Source: a virus (Duplodnaviria > Caudoviricetes). From it: a DNA stretch of 64,000 nucleotides. Positions 19,355 to 28,593 of this stretch are shown here, piece by piece. The stretch is taken from positions 20,362-84,361 of IMG/VR virus record IMGVR_UViG_3300025519_000052; one strand, 5' to 3'. Made by a program: the position numbers and the translations under genes. Under the pieces are notes generated by a model. It did not search any database. It saw only the letters and a list, made by a program, of their open reading frames with translations, and was not told where the DNA came from. Numbering within the stretch: position 1 is the first letter of the stretch; each line of letters opens with the position of its first letter.

Positions 19355-19861
19355 ATGAGTATCAAAATTAAACGATTGCATTCGGATGCAGTGATTCCGA
19401 AATATATACATGCTGGCGATTCAGGGTTTGACCTTGTCGCTGTGGAAGATATCACTATCGAGCCTGGCGAAACGGTCAAAGTGCCGACAGGGCTTGCGTT
19501 CGAGTTGCCGGAAGGCTACGAGTTGCAAATACGACCACTGTCGGGCATTACGCTAAAAACGAAATTGCGTGTGCAACTCGGCACCGTCGATGCAGGATAT
19601 AGAGGCGAAATCGGCGTGATTGTTGATAATATTGCCGAGGATCTGTTCGGAAATGTTGTGCCATATCTCTCGCATATTGACGGTAACGATTATCGGACGG
19701 ACGGCGAAATCTATCCGAATGAAACGTACATCATCCGAAAAGGCGACAGAATTGCGCAAGGTGTAATTGCTCCGGTCGCTAAAATGGAGTTTGAAGAAGT
19801 AGACAAATTAAGTGATACAGAGTGAAGTAATAAAGGATTTGGAAGTACAGGTGTAGATTGA
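19355..19861 (+). pseudogene. dut: Trimeric dUTPase interrupted by in-frame TGA at the motif-V Arg
   Basis: Motifs I-IV are present (RPRSG reads RPLSG); TGA at 19823-19825 is followed in frame by SNKGFGSTGVD and a stop at 19859-19861. Confidence 0.85.
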
Positions 19862-19881
19862 AACAAAAAGGCCAAGCTCTT

Positions 19882-20040
19882 CCTAGTCTGTAAAATATTT
19901 GTTTAGCTACCTATATAATATTTAAAAAAATTGTTTAAAAAATTGTTTAAAACTTATTAAAAAATTATTAAAAATGATTTACATTTTTATTTAACTAGAT
20001 ATAAAGAATACGTAATTTGATTAAATGAATTTTTAAATCG
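19882..20040 (+). repeat. Direct repeat copy 2 of the promoter module
   Basis: See 19088-19300. Confidence 0.8.
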
Positions 20041-20053
20041 GAGGAATGTATTT

Positions 20054-21088
20054 ATGATTGATCTTTTACATTTAGAACCAGTGAAAGCTTCTACTGACTT
20101 ATCTTCTTACACTTCTTTTATTTATGGTATTCCTAAAATCGGTAAAACAACTTTTGTTTATAACCTTTATAAAGACCGAGTTCTTTTTATTGCAACTGAA
20201 AAACGTCATAAAGTTTTAGTTGGTGCAAAAGTTCAATATGTTTCATCTTGGGCTGAATATTTACAAGTTTTATCTCAACTACGCAATCCAAAAGTAAAAG
20301 AATTATTTGATGTTATTGCAATTGATACAGTTGAAAACTTATATCAAATGCTTGAGCAATATATTCTCGCAAAATATAACAAAACTGAATTTGGTCAAGT
20401 TGAATGGGGAAAAGATTGGGTTGACCTTAAAAATGACTGGAAAAATGGCTTGCAAATGATTGAAAGACTTGGTTATTCTCCATGTTTTATTTCTCACGCA
20501 ACTCAAGTTACAACTAAGATTCCTGCGGCTGGAATTCTTCAAGAACAAGTCAATGATACTATGACTTTAAAAAGTGATAAGAAAACTGGAGAACAATACT
20601 ACGAATTTGTTAAGTATGTCCCGGATTTGAAGGACAAAGTTATGGCACCAATTAACAAAATGGTTGATAACATACTGTTTATGACAGTTACAACTGATGA
20701 ATCTGGACAAGAACACCGAGTTATTCATCTTCGTGAAACATTGCAATGGCAAGCTGGTTCAACATTTGAAGGTATTGATCCAGTAATTCCATTGGATGCA
20801 GAAGCTTATAAGAAAGCTGTTGAAGATGCAATCGGCAAACTTGATCCTTCAATGTTGAAATCTGAAAAAGAATCAATTGGTATTGAAGAACAAGAAAAAC
20901 TTAACTTTGATGAATTAATGCAAGAAGCTAAAGAAATTGCTTATAAATTTCATCAAGCCGGCCGTATGGAAGAAGTCCAACGAATTGTTGATGAAGTTTT
21001 TGGCGCCGGCAATAAATTGACTGATGCAAAACCAACTCAAGTACAACCATTATTTGTTGCAGTTCAAAGAATGAAAGAATCTTTATAA
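20054..21088 (+). CDS. AAA_24/Sak4-like ATPase (SPbeta YorG-like recombination protein)
   Basis: YGIPKIGKTT, IAIDT, FISHAT. Confidence 0.85.
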   Translation: MIDLLHLEPVKASTDLSSYTSFIYGIPKIGKTTFVYNLYKDRVLFIATEKRHKVLVGAKVQYVSSWAEYLQVLSQLRNPKVKELFDVIAIDTVENLYQMLEQYILAKYNKTEFGQVEWGKDWVDLKNDWKNGLQMIERLGYSPCFISHATQVTTKIPAAGILQEQVNDTMTLKSDKKTGEQYYEFVKYVPDLKDKVMAPINKMVDNILFMTVTTDESGQEHRVIHLRETLQWQAGSTFEGIDPVIPLDAEAYKKAVEDAIGKLDPSMLKSEKESIGIEEQEKLNFDELMQEAKEIAYKFHQAGRMEEVQRIVDEVFGAGNKLTDAKPTQVQPLFVAVQRMKESL

Positions 21089-21328
21089 CCAGAGAAATAT
21101 TTTACTATGGTAAATAAAATCCAAAAATCGAAAAAATTGTTACCAAGGCCGCCTACGGTCTTTGGTAACACATTAATTTAAGTACAAAAAGTAAATGAAC
21201 TTCTTCGTTAAGGCATTTCTGAAGATGATGGAAAAGATTGAACATGTTAAAAAACAAACTCTCTGCGAGAAAAATAACAGAAAACAGAACCATTGTCAAC
21301 GAAAATATAACGAAAAGGTGACATTTTA

Positions 21329-22876
21329 TTGTTTACGGAGAATAAAGATTTTTATCCAACACCTCGTGATCTGTTTTATAAATTGATTGATGGTAATCGG
21401 TACATCGATGGACGTATTCTCGAACCATCTGCTGGTAAAGGCGATTTAATTAAATACATTAAAGAGCTAAACCGGAGAGATAGTGTTAGAATAGACGCCA
21501 TTGAAAAAGATGAACAGTTAGCCAACATATTAATGAGTGAAGGGTTTCACGTTGTATGGGATGATTTTCTAACATATAAAACATTTAAAGAATACAATTA
21601 TATCATTATGAATCCACCGTTTTCCAATGGAGTCGATCATGTACTAAAAGCCCTTGAACTTGCAGAAAAACAGATAAGCCGTTGTGAAATATATGCAATA
21701 ATTAATAAAGAAACGCTTGCCAATGCTTACTCGAACAAACGCAAGGAACTATTGCGGAAATTGGATGAGTATAAAGCTGAGATTCGATATGTACAAGGAG
21801 CATTCACCAATGCAGAACGGCGGACAGATGTTGAAGTAGCACTCATTCATGTTAAAGTCGAAAAAGCTGATGTAGGTAAGAATATTTACGATAAAATACC
21901 GTTCGTAAATGTGACAAATGCAAGTAAGGATGAACTAAGTACTGCGTTGTCTACCTATGTAAAGCAAAGTGAAATACAAGCGAAAATAGATGACATTGAA
22001 CGTCTTGTGCTTGAATATGAAACAGCATGTGACCTAGCAAAAAAGGCATACAAAGCCATTCACGATAAAGAAGTATTTATTCAATATATTAACAAGGTTA
22101 ATAGTGGAAAAAGTGTATATGACAGAAAGTTGTCATATGTTGTGTCGAAGCCATTTACAGCAAATGACTTAAATGAGGAACTAGACCGATTGCGACATGG
22201 TTATTGGCAGCTAATACTTGATACGGACGATTTTAAGACGATGTTAACTAATGACGCCTTGCAGGAGTTAAATAAACGATTGAGTTTGGCAGAAGAAATG
22301 GAGATTAATTTGCCAAATATTAAAATGCTCCTTATGGCACTGAACTACAACAAGCGTGACATCCTTATTGAAAGTATCGTATCGATTTTTAAAAAGATTA
22401 CGAAGTATCATATGAACCGGTACAGCACGAATATCCATTATTACAATGGCTGGAAAACAAATAATGCATACAAAATCAATAAGAAAATTATTATACCAAT
22501 TAAGCATTCGTTTGACAGCTGGGACTTTAAAACAGATTATGCACTGATTAATTACAATGTCCGCAACTTTATAAATGACATAATCAAAGCGTTTCAGTTG
22601 CTTGATCCTACTGTCAAAGGTGAGTTTACGGCGTTAAGCAACCAAGAATTCGAGTGCGATATACTGCGTTTTAAAATGTTTTTAAATGGCAATGTTCATA
22701 TTTGGTTTAAAAACGAGCGCTTGCTAAACAAATTGAACTACCTTTGTGGAAGTCATTTCAACTGGATTCCGAGCGAGGATGAAATTAAAACGGACAACAG
22801 GGCACGTGAGTTTGTTGTTAAGGAATTTGGAACTGAGGCAGTTACAGATGGATTTATCGAAATGAAGACAAAATAG
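21329..22876 (+). CDS. DUF4942-type SAM-dependent DNA methyltransferase
   Basis: DFYPTP, LEPSAGKG, IMNPPF, GWKTNNAYKINKKIIIP, FKMFLNGNVH. Confidence 0.85.
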   Translation: MFTENKDFYPTPRDLFYKLIDGNRYIDGRILEPSAGKGDLIKYIKELNRRDSVRIDAIEKDEQLANILMSEGFHVVWDDFLTYKTFKEYNYIIMNPPFSNGVDHVLKALELAEKQISRCEIYAIINKETLANAYSNKRKELLRKLDEYKAEIRYVQGAFTNAERRTDVEVALIHVKVEKADVGKNIYDKIPFVNVTNASKDELSTALSTYVKQSEIQAKIDDIERLVLEYETACDLAKKAYKAIHDKEVFIQYINKVNSGKSVYDRKLSYVVSKPFTANDLNEELDRLRHGYWQLILDTDDFKTMLTNDALQELNKRLSLAEEMEINLPNIKMLLMALNYNKRDILIESIVSIFKKITKYHMNRYSTNIHYYNGWKTNNAYKINKKIIIPIKHSFDSWDFKTDYALINYNVRNFINDIIKAFQLLDPTVKGEFTALSNQEFECDILRFKMFLNGNVHIWFKNERLLNKLNYLCGSHFNWIPSEDEIKTDNRAREFVVKEFGTEAVTDGFIEMKTK

Positions 22877-22925
22877 TAGTTCTCTTCTCTTTTAATTCAA
22901 ATATATAATTGGAGGAATAATTATT

Positions 22926-25295
22926 ATGACAATTGTAATTAAGGACAAAAATAAAAAGAATGAAAGAAGATTGGAATTTAATCGTGAAAGGCTGATCAAC
23001 TTTATTGAAACAGGATTGAAAAATTTATCTGTCAATCCAGAAACAAAAGAAAAATATATTTCTAAGATTATTAGATTAATTGAAAGACGACCAGAAATTG
23101 AAGCCAAAGATATTTCAAAAATTCTTATTCAAAATGCTTTAGTACTTACAAATGATATTAAAAATAATGAAGGTTATATTTCTCCAGAATCACTTTCGAA
23201 TATAAATTGGAATAAATTTGCTTCTTATGTTAAACTTCGAGAACTTTATAAACGAGCTTCTAAAAATCGAGCTTATGATGCAAGAGACAAATATGGTGAT
23301 TTTTATGGATTGATTGTTACACTTACAGAAAAAGGTCTTTACACTCCAGATTTATTAAAAAACTATTCTCATGAAGAATTGGTTATGGCTGGTGAAGCTA
23401 TTGTTCCAGAACGTGATGATTTATTTACTTTTGCTGGGATTCATCAACTAGAAAGTCGTTATTTGGTTAAGGATTATGATAATTCAATTTATGAACTTCC
23501 TCAAGAACGATTTATGATTGCTGCTTTACATTTAATGATGCCAGAAACTGAAAACAGAATTGAAAAAGTTAAAGAACTATATTGGGCAGTATCAAATTTA
23601 TATTTAACGCTTGCAACTCCAACATTAACTAATGCAGGTCGTGTCACTGGTGGCCTATCATCTTGCTTTGTTTTAACTACTGAAGATTCTCTTCGAGGAA
23701 TTTATGACGATAATACAGATGTTGCTACTTTCAGTAAAAATGGGGCTGGCATTGGAGTTTACTTTGGCAAGTTGAGGGCAACTGGTTCTGATATTCGTGG
23801 TTTTAAAGGTGCTTCATCTGGAATTATTGGATGGATTAAACAATTAGATAATACAGCTGTTTCGGTTGACCAATTAGGACAACGTAAAGGTGCAATTGCT
23901 GTTTATCTTGATATTTGGCACAAAGATATTGAAAACTTTATTGACTTAAGATTGAATACAGGTGACAAATCAAAACGTGCCTACAACATCTTTACTGGTG
24001 TTTGCATTCCAGACGAATTCATGAGGCAAGTTGACAAACGCGGTGATTTTTATCTGTTTGACCCTTATGAAATTGAACAAAAAATGGGATTCAGACTTGA
24101 AGATTTTTATGATAAGAAAAAACTTGGAGAAAAAGAAACCCCGAATGAAAAAGATCATGCATGGACTTATCATTACTATCAATGTGTAGATAATAATAAA
24201 CTCTCAAAAGTTCGGATTCCAGCAATTAACTTGATGAAAAAAATTATGCAAGCCCAATTGGAAACTGGAATTCCTTATATGTTCTATCGTGATACGGTTA
24301 ACCGGAATAATCCAAATGCTCATTGTGGAATTATTTATTCTTCAAATCTATGTTCTGAAATTGCTCAAAATATGAGTCCGTCTTCAGTAACTCAAGAAAA
24401 AATTAATTGGGAAACTGGTGAAGTAATTATTACAAAACAAATTGGCGATCTTGTAACATGCAATTTATCATCATTAGTTTTAAATAATATTGTTCATGAT
24501 GATGTTCTTGAACGAGTGATTAATATTCAAGTTCGTGCACTGGATAATGTTATTTCACTTCTTAGAGTTCCTGTTCCACAAGCTCAATTTACAAACCTTA
24601 AGTATCGTGCAATTGGTGCCGGTGAACAAGGTATAGCTGCAACATTAGCTCAAGGAAAAATTATGTGGGATAGTGAAAAATCTGTTGAATATATCAAAAA
24701 ACTTGAAGAGCAAATTATGCTTTATACAATTAAAGCTTCTGCTTTACTTGGTAAAGAAAAAGGCTCTTATCCTGCCTTTGAGGGTTCTAAATGGAATACT
24801 GGTGAATGGTTTGAAGAAAGAAACTTAAATTCGCCTGAATGGCTAGAAGTAAAAGAGTTGGCCATGAAACATATGAGGAATGGATACTTGAGGGCTGTTG
24901 CTCCAACTGGGTCAACGTCTATAATTTCAGGTAGCACTCCAGGTGTAGATCCGATTTTTGATGTTATTTATTTTGAACGGAAAAAAGATTATCAATTACC
25001 AATTGTTGTTCCAAATTTAAATCCATCAACCTGGTTTTTCTATAAGCCAACTATGAAGATGACCTATGAGGGCGAAAAAGATTTGGCTCATATGTGGGCA
25101 ATTCGTCAAGGTGAAGTTCGTCAAAAATTTGTAGACCAGGCTATCAGTCATAACTTTTATGTCCCTCAAAATATTAAAGCAAAACATTTTTTAAGACTTC
25201 ATATAGAAAATTGGAATCGTGGAGTTAAAACTTCTTACTATACTAGGAACTGGAATCAAAAACATGAAGATAATTGCTTAGCTTGTTCTTCATAA
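22926..25295 (+). CDS. nrdE: Class I ribonucleotide reductase alpha subunit
   Basis: ATPTLTNAG, SSCF, SSNLCSEI, CNLSS, APTGS, KTSYY, CLACSS; no intein or intron evident. Confidence 0.96.
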   Translation: MTIVIKDKNKKNERRLEFNRERLINFIETGLKNLSVNPETKEKYISKIIRLIERRPEIEAKDISKILIQNALVLTNDIKNNEGYISPESLSNINWNKFASYVKLRELYKRASKNRAYDARDKYGDFYGLIVTLTEKGLYTPDLLKNYSHEELVMAGEAIVPERDDLFTFAGIHQLESRYLVKDYDNSIYELPQERFMIAALHLMMPETENRIEKVKELYWAVSNLYLTLATPTLTNAGRVTGGLSSCFVLTTEDSLRGIYDDNTDVATFSKNGAGIGVYFGKLRATGSDIRGFKGASSGIIGWIKQLDNTAVSVDQLGQRKGAIAVYLDIWHKDIENFIDLRLNTGDKSKRAYNIFTGVCIPDEFMRQVDKRGDFYLFDPYEIEQKMGFRLEDFYDKKKLGEKETPNEKDHAWTYHYYQCVDNNKLSKVRIPAINLMKKIMQAQLETGIPYMFYRDTVNRNNPNAHCGIIYSSNLCSEIAQNMSPSSVTQEKINWETGEVIITKQIGDLVTCNLSSLVLNNIVHDDVLERVINIQVRALDNVISLLRVPVPQAQFTNLKYRAIGAGEQGIAATLAQGKIMWDSEKSVEYIKKLEEQIMLYTIKASALLGKEKGSYPAFEGSKWNTGEWFEERNLNSPEWLEVKELAMKHMRNGYLRAVAPTGSTSIISGSTPGVDPIFDVIYFERKKDYQLPIVVPNLNPSTWFFYKPTMKMTYEGEKDLAHMWAIRQGEVRQKFVDQAISHNFYVPQNIKAKHFLRLHIENWNRGVKTSYYTRNWNQKHEDNCLACSS

Positions 25296-25377
25296 TAGAG
25301 GGATTTTCCCCTCTATTTTTTTACTAAATTAGTTTACAATGCAAAAATTCCAGATATAAATATTTTGAATCAAATAA

Positions 25378-26439
25378 ATGGAGGCAGAACATATGAAAGA
25401 ATTAACTAAACAAGTACGTATTTTTGACGAAAGTCTCAATAATAGTTCACCAAAATTATTTGATGAAGTTAGTGGTATTCTTTATTGGGATGATATAGCT
25501 AATCAAACTTATTATGATTTATATAAAGAAATGCGTGAGCAATTCTGGATTCCTGATGAAGTAAGTATGAACCAGGATGCTCTCCAATGGAAGAACGGAA
25601 CAATGGATGATAACGAAAAAGAGCTGTTTAAAAATGGTATTGGTGTTTTAGCTGTTCTTGATTCAATCGCTACTTATTTTGATAAAATTGCTTCTGATTA
25701 TATTCGCGATTCAGCTGTTAAAGCAAATATGGCCTTTATCGCTTCAATGGAAACAATTCATAATGAATCTTACACTTATACTTTAGCCTCGTTAGTTCCT
25801 AAAAATGTTGCCATGGAAGTTTTTGAACGACCAAAAACAAATAAGTTTATGATCAGAAGAAACAAAATGATGATGGACCTATTTGATAATTTCTTAAAAG
25901 AAAGAACAATTGAAAACTTCGCTAAAGCCCTGGTTGCAATGTCTGGACTTGAAGGCCTATGTTTTGTAAATGGCTTCACTCCATTTTACCATTTTAATAG
26001 AAATAATAAAATGTTCGGTACCGGAACAATTATTCAATATATCCAGCGTGATGAAGTGAAACACTCATACTTTCAAACTGTTTTGGTCCGTGATATTATG
26101 ACCCAATATCAAGAATACAACACACCTGAATTTAGCGAATTTGTTTATGATTTTTTCAAAGAATTAGTCGAGCTTGAAAAAGAATTTTGTGAGGATCTTT
26201 ACAAAGACACTCCTGATATTGATATTGAAGAAATAAAAGAATATATCGGATTCAGGGCAAATCTTATCTTAGATAACCTTGGGCTTGATAAAATTTTCCA
26301 TGCTAAGAAAAATCCTATGCCTTGGATTACTGCTTTTGATCCAGATAATTTAAATAGGATGAAACGTGACTTCTTTGAAGATAAAGAGGTTAATTATAAG
26401 AAAACTACTGAAGAAACGAATGATTGGGATGAGCTATAA
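25378..26439 (+). CDS. nrdF: Ribonucleotide reductase beta subunit
   Basis: FWIPDE, LD, METIHNESY, EGLCF, RDEVKH, FFE. Confidence 0.95.
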   Translation: MEAEHMKELTKQVRIFDESLNNSSPKLFDEVSGILYWDDIANQTYYDLYKEMREQFWIPDEVSMNQDALQWKNGTMDDNEKELFKNGIGVLAVLDSIATYFDKIASDYIRDSAVKANMAFIASMETIHNESYTYTLASLVPKNVAMEVFERPKTNKFMIRRNKMMMDLFDNFLKERTIENFAKALVAMSGLEGLCFVNGFTPFYHFNRNNKMFGTGTIIQYIQRDEVKHSYFQTVLVRDIMTQYQEYNTPEFSEFVYDFFKELVELEKEFCEDLYKDTPDIDIEEIKEYIGFRANLILDNLGLDKIFHAKKNPMPWITAFDPDNLNRMKRDFFEDKEVNYKKTTEETNDWDEL

Positions 26440-26870
26440 TGAATTCTCCTATTCTTCTAGTTCTCACTTCGAAGACAGGGAACACTAAAACTTTTTTGAA
26501 CTTTTTACAAAACCACTTAAATAAAGAAATTCAAGTTTGTGAAAAGTTCGATGTTCCCGTTAAAGATTATAATTATATCATTTTTGGAACATACACATGG
26601 GGAAACGGCAAAATTCCTAAGAAAATGAAAGATTATTTGATTGCAAATCACAAAGATCTTAAAGGTAAAGAAGTTTTTATTTTTGGTAGTGGAAATTCTA
26701 TTTATCCGCACTTTTGTAGGGCAGTTGATAATGTTGAAAAAATTTGTTTAGACAGTGGAGCTATAGTAAGGGGAAAATTCAAGTTTGAACAAAGATTTAA
26801 TGAAAAAGAAGTACCTCAAGCTGAGCTCGAAGAACTTTCTAACATATTAAGCAATTTTGGAAGAGATTAG
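26439..26870 (+). CDS. Flavodoxin (NrdI-like role) in the RNR operon
   Basis: SKTGNTK, GTYTWGNG, FGSGNSIYPHFCRAV. Confidence 0.88.
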   Translation: MNSPILLVLTSKTGNTKTFLNFLQNHLNKEIQVCEKFDVPVKDYNYIIFGTYTWGNGKIPKKMKDYLIANHKDLKGKEVFIFGSGNSIYPHFCRAVDNVEKICLDSGAIVRGKFKFEQRFNEKEVPQAELEELSNILSNFGRD

Positions 26871-26963
26871 TCTCTTCCATTATATGACTTTTTATTTTGT
26901 CTAATTTGCATTTTTCATAGACTGGATATAATAACAATAATTTAAGGAAAGGAATGTCATCTT

Positions 26964-27140
26964 ATGAAATTTCTATTTTCACTTGTAATTTTTAGTATAG
27001 CTATCATCACTACTAGCTTCATGTTTAGGTGGGGTTTTGAACGATTATTTAATATTAATCTTGATCTGTTTGGACTCTCTGCCATCTTGTTATCTATTTT
27101 TATGATTAAACTCATTTTCTTCTTCGATAACAACGAATAA
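26964..27140 (+). CDS. 58-aa two-TM membrane protein
   Basis: GGAAAGGA RBS, variant phage promoter at 26905; MKFLFSLVIFSIAIITTSFMFRWG... Confidence 0.6.
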   Translation: MKFLFSLVIFSIAIITTSFMFRWGFERLFNINLDLFGLSAILLSIFMIKLIFFFDNNE

Positions 27141-27270
27141 AAAATTTGGAATCTTAAGTGAATTATGAATTGATAGAGATTATAGAAGAATAGATTTAAT
27201 CACAGATGAGTTTATGATTTAATTAAATATGTTGGAAAGTCCCCACAAAATTTTGTGGGATTTTTTTATA

Positions 27271-27307
27271 CGAACATATGTACAATTTTTGATAGACGTG
27301 ATATAAT
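27271..27307 (+). promoter_or_regulatory. LexA (SOS) box-like site overlapping a sigmaA -35
   Basis: CGAACATATGTACA; TGTACA-N17-TATAAT. Confidence 0.6.
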
Positions 27308-27357
27308 AATTTATGTAAGTTGTTAAATAAAAAATTATTTAAGGGAGAGGAAAAAAT

Positions 27358-27732
27358 ATGAAACTCAACTACGCTACCATTAAACCTTTCGAAGAGCTTA
27401 AATTAAAATCTTCATTAGACAGTTCTTACAGTACCATAAAGAAAGAACTTGATGATGCTATAATGGATGTTGTCACTGTCGATGAATTGGATTTTTGGTT
27501 TAATGATGAATTTTTGTTTAATGAAAAACCAATTCCAACAGTAATTATTAAAAATAACCGAGTTCCTAATATCACTAATTACGATATTGTTCTTTGTGGA
27601 AATGTTGTTATTGCTTCTCACGATGAAGAAGGAAATACAGTTAGTTTAACCGAAGAAGCTATCAATAAGCTAAAACAATTCAAGCTTGCTTTCTTGGGGG
27701 TTAATCCAGTTTATATCTATGAAAATTATTAA
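27358..27732 (+). CDS. DUF3846-like protein
   Basis: WFNDEFL...IVLCGNVVIASHDEEGNTVSL. Confidence 0.65.
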   Translation: MKLNYATIKPFEELKLKSSLDSSYSTIKKELDDAIMDVVTVDELDFWFNDEFLFNEKPIPTVIIKNNRVPNITNYDIVLCGNVVIASHDEEGNTVSLTEEAINKLKQFKLAFLGVNPVYIYENY

Positions 27733-28074
27733 TTTTGCATTTCTCGACAAAAAAATGATGAATCTCTTGCTACAATTCCACCGACCTCATTATAAAGAAT
27801 TGTAGCATTGTATGTAGAACCTATTCCTATTAATATTTTATACAAAAATATCGACAAATATGCTTTGTTTGTCGATATTTTTTTGTATTTTTATTTTGCA
27901 AACATTTGTTCTATTGGTATCATATCACTTGATTTAATTGAATTTTTTAAATAAAAGAGTATTTAATAAGTTATTTATTAAGCTATTTAATAAGTTATTT
28001 AAAAATGATGAGATTCTTTCCTGTCTTTTTACGTTTTCATTTGTTTAGATATAATAACACAAAACGAGAGGTGA

Positions 28075-28593
28075 ATGAAATTGAGTAGCAGACTTTATAA
28101 GTGCTACGGATATTGTGGCAAAAGTTATCCAAAGTCAGAAATGATCGTATATAGCCCTACCGGTAAAGGTGAAGGAAAAAGATATTGCCTTTCTTGTTAT
28201 CAAAGAAAAATAAAAGAAGTTAAAGATCGTGAAGAATTATATAACTACATTAAAAAAACTTACAACATTAATTTTCCAACTGGAAACATGCTTCGTCAAA
28301 TCAAATCTTTTGTTAGAGAACGAGGTTATACTTATAAAAATATTCGCTTAACTCTTGATTACATCTTCAGAATTAAGAAAGCTGCAAAGCCTGAAGCAAA
28401 ATATGGAATTGCGTTAGTCCCCTACTATTATGATGAAATGCTTACTTATTATAAAAACCTTCAAGAAAAACGAAAACATACAGTAATTAAGAAACCAAAT
28501 ATTGTCCATGTAAAGATGAAACCATTTACTCAAGAAAATATCTATCGCAATAATAAATTAATCAATATGGAAAGGTTGCTTGATACAAAATGA
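28075..28593 (+). CDS. SPbeta YorH-like zinc-binding protein (probable helicase loader)
   Basis: CYGYC...YCLSC, GIALVPYYYD; directly upstream of the helicase. Confidence 0.7.
   Translation: MKLSSRLYKCYGYCGKSYPKSEMIVYSPTGKGEGKRYCLSCYQRKIKEVKDREELYNYIKKTYNINFPTGNMLRQIKSFVRERGYTYKNIRLTLDYIFRIKKAAKPEAKYGIALVPYYYDEMLTYYKNLQEKRKHTVIKKPNIVHVKMKPFTQENIYRNNKLINMERLLDTK

Noticed and set aside
21195-21386. 63-aa ORF overlapping the methyltransferase start
   Set aside because: No RBS or motif; probably incidental.
22926-26439. Inteins or introns in nrdE/nrdF as in SPbeta
   Set aside because: Both ORFs are continuous, of normal length, and lack splice motifs.
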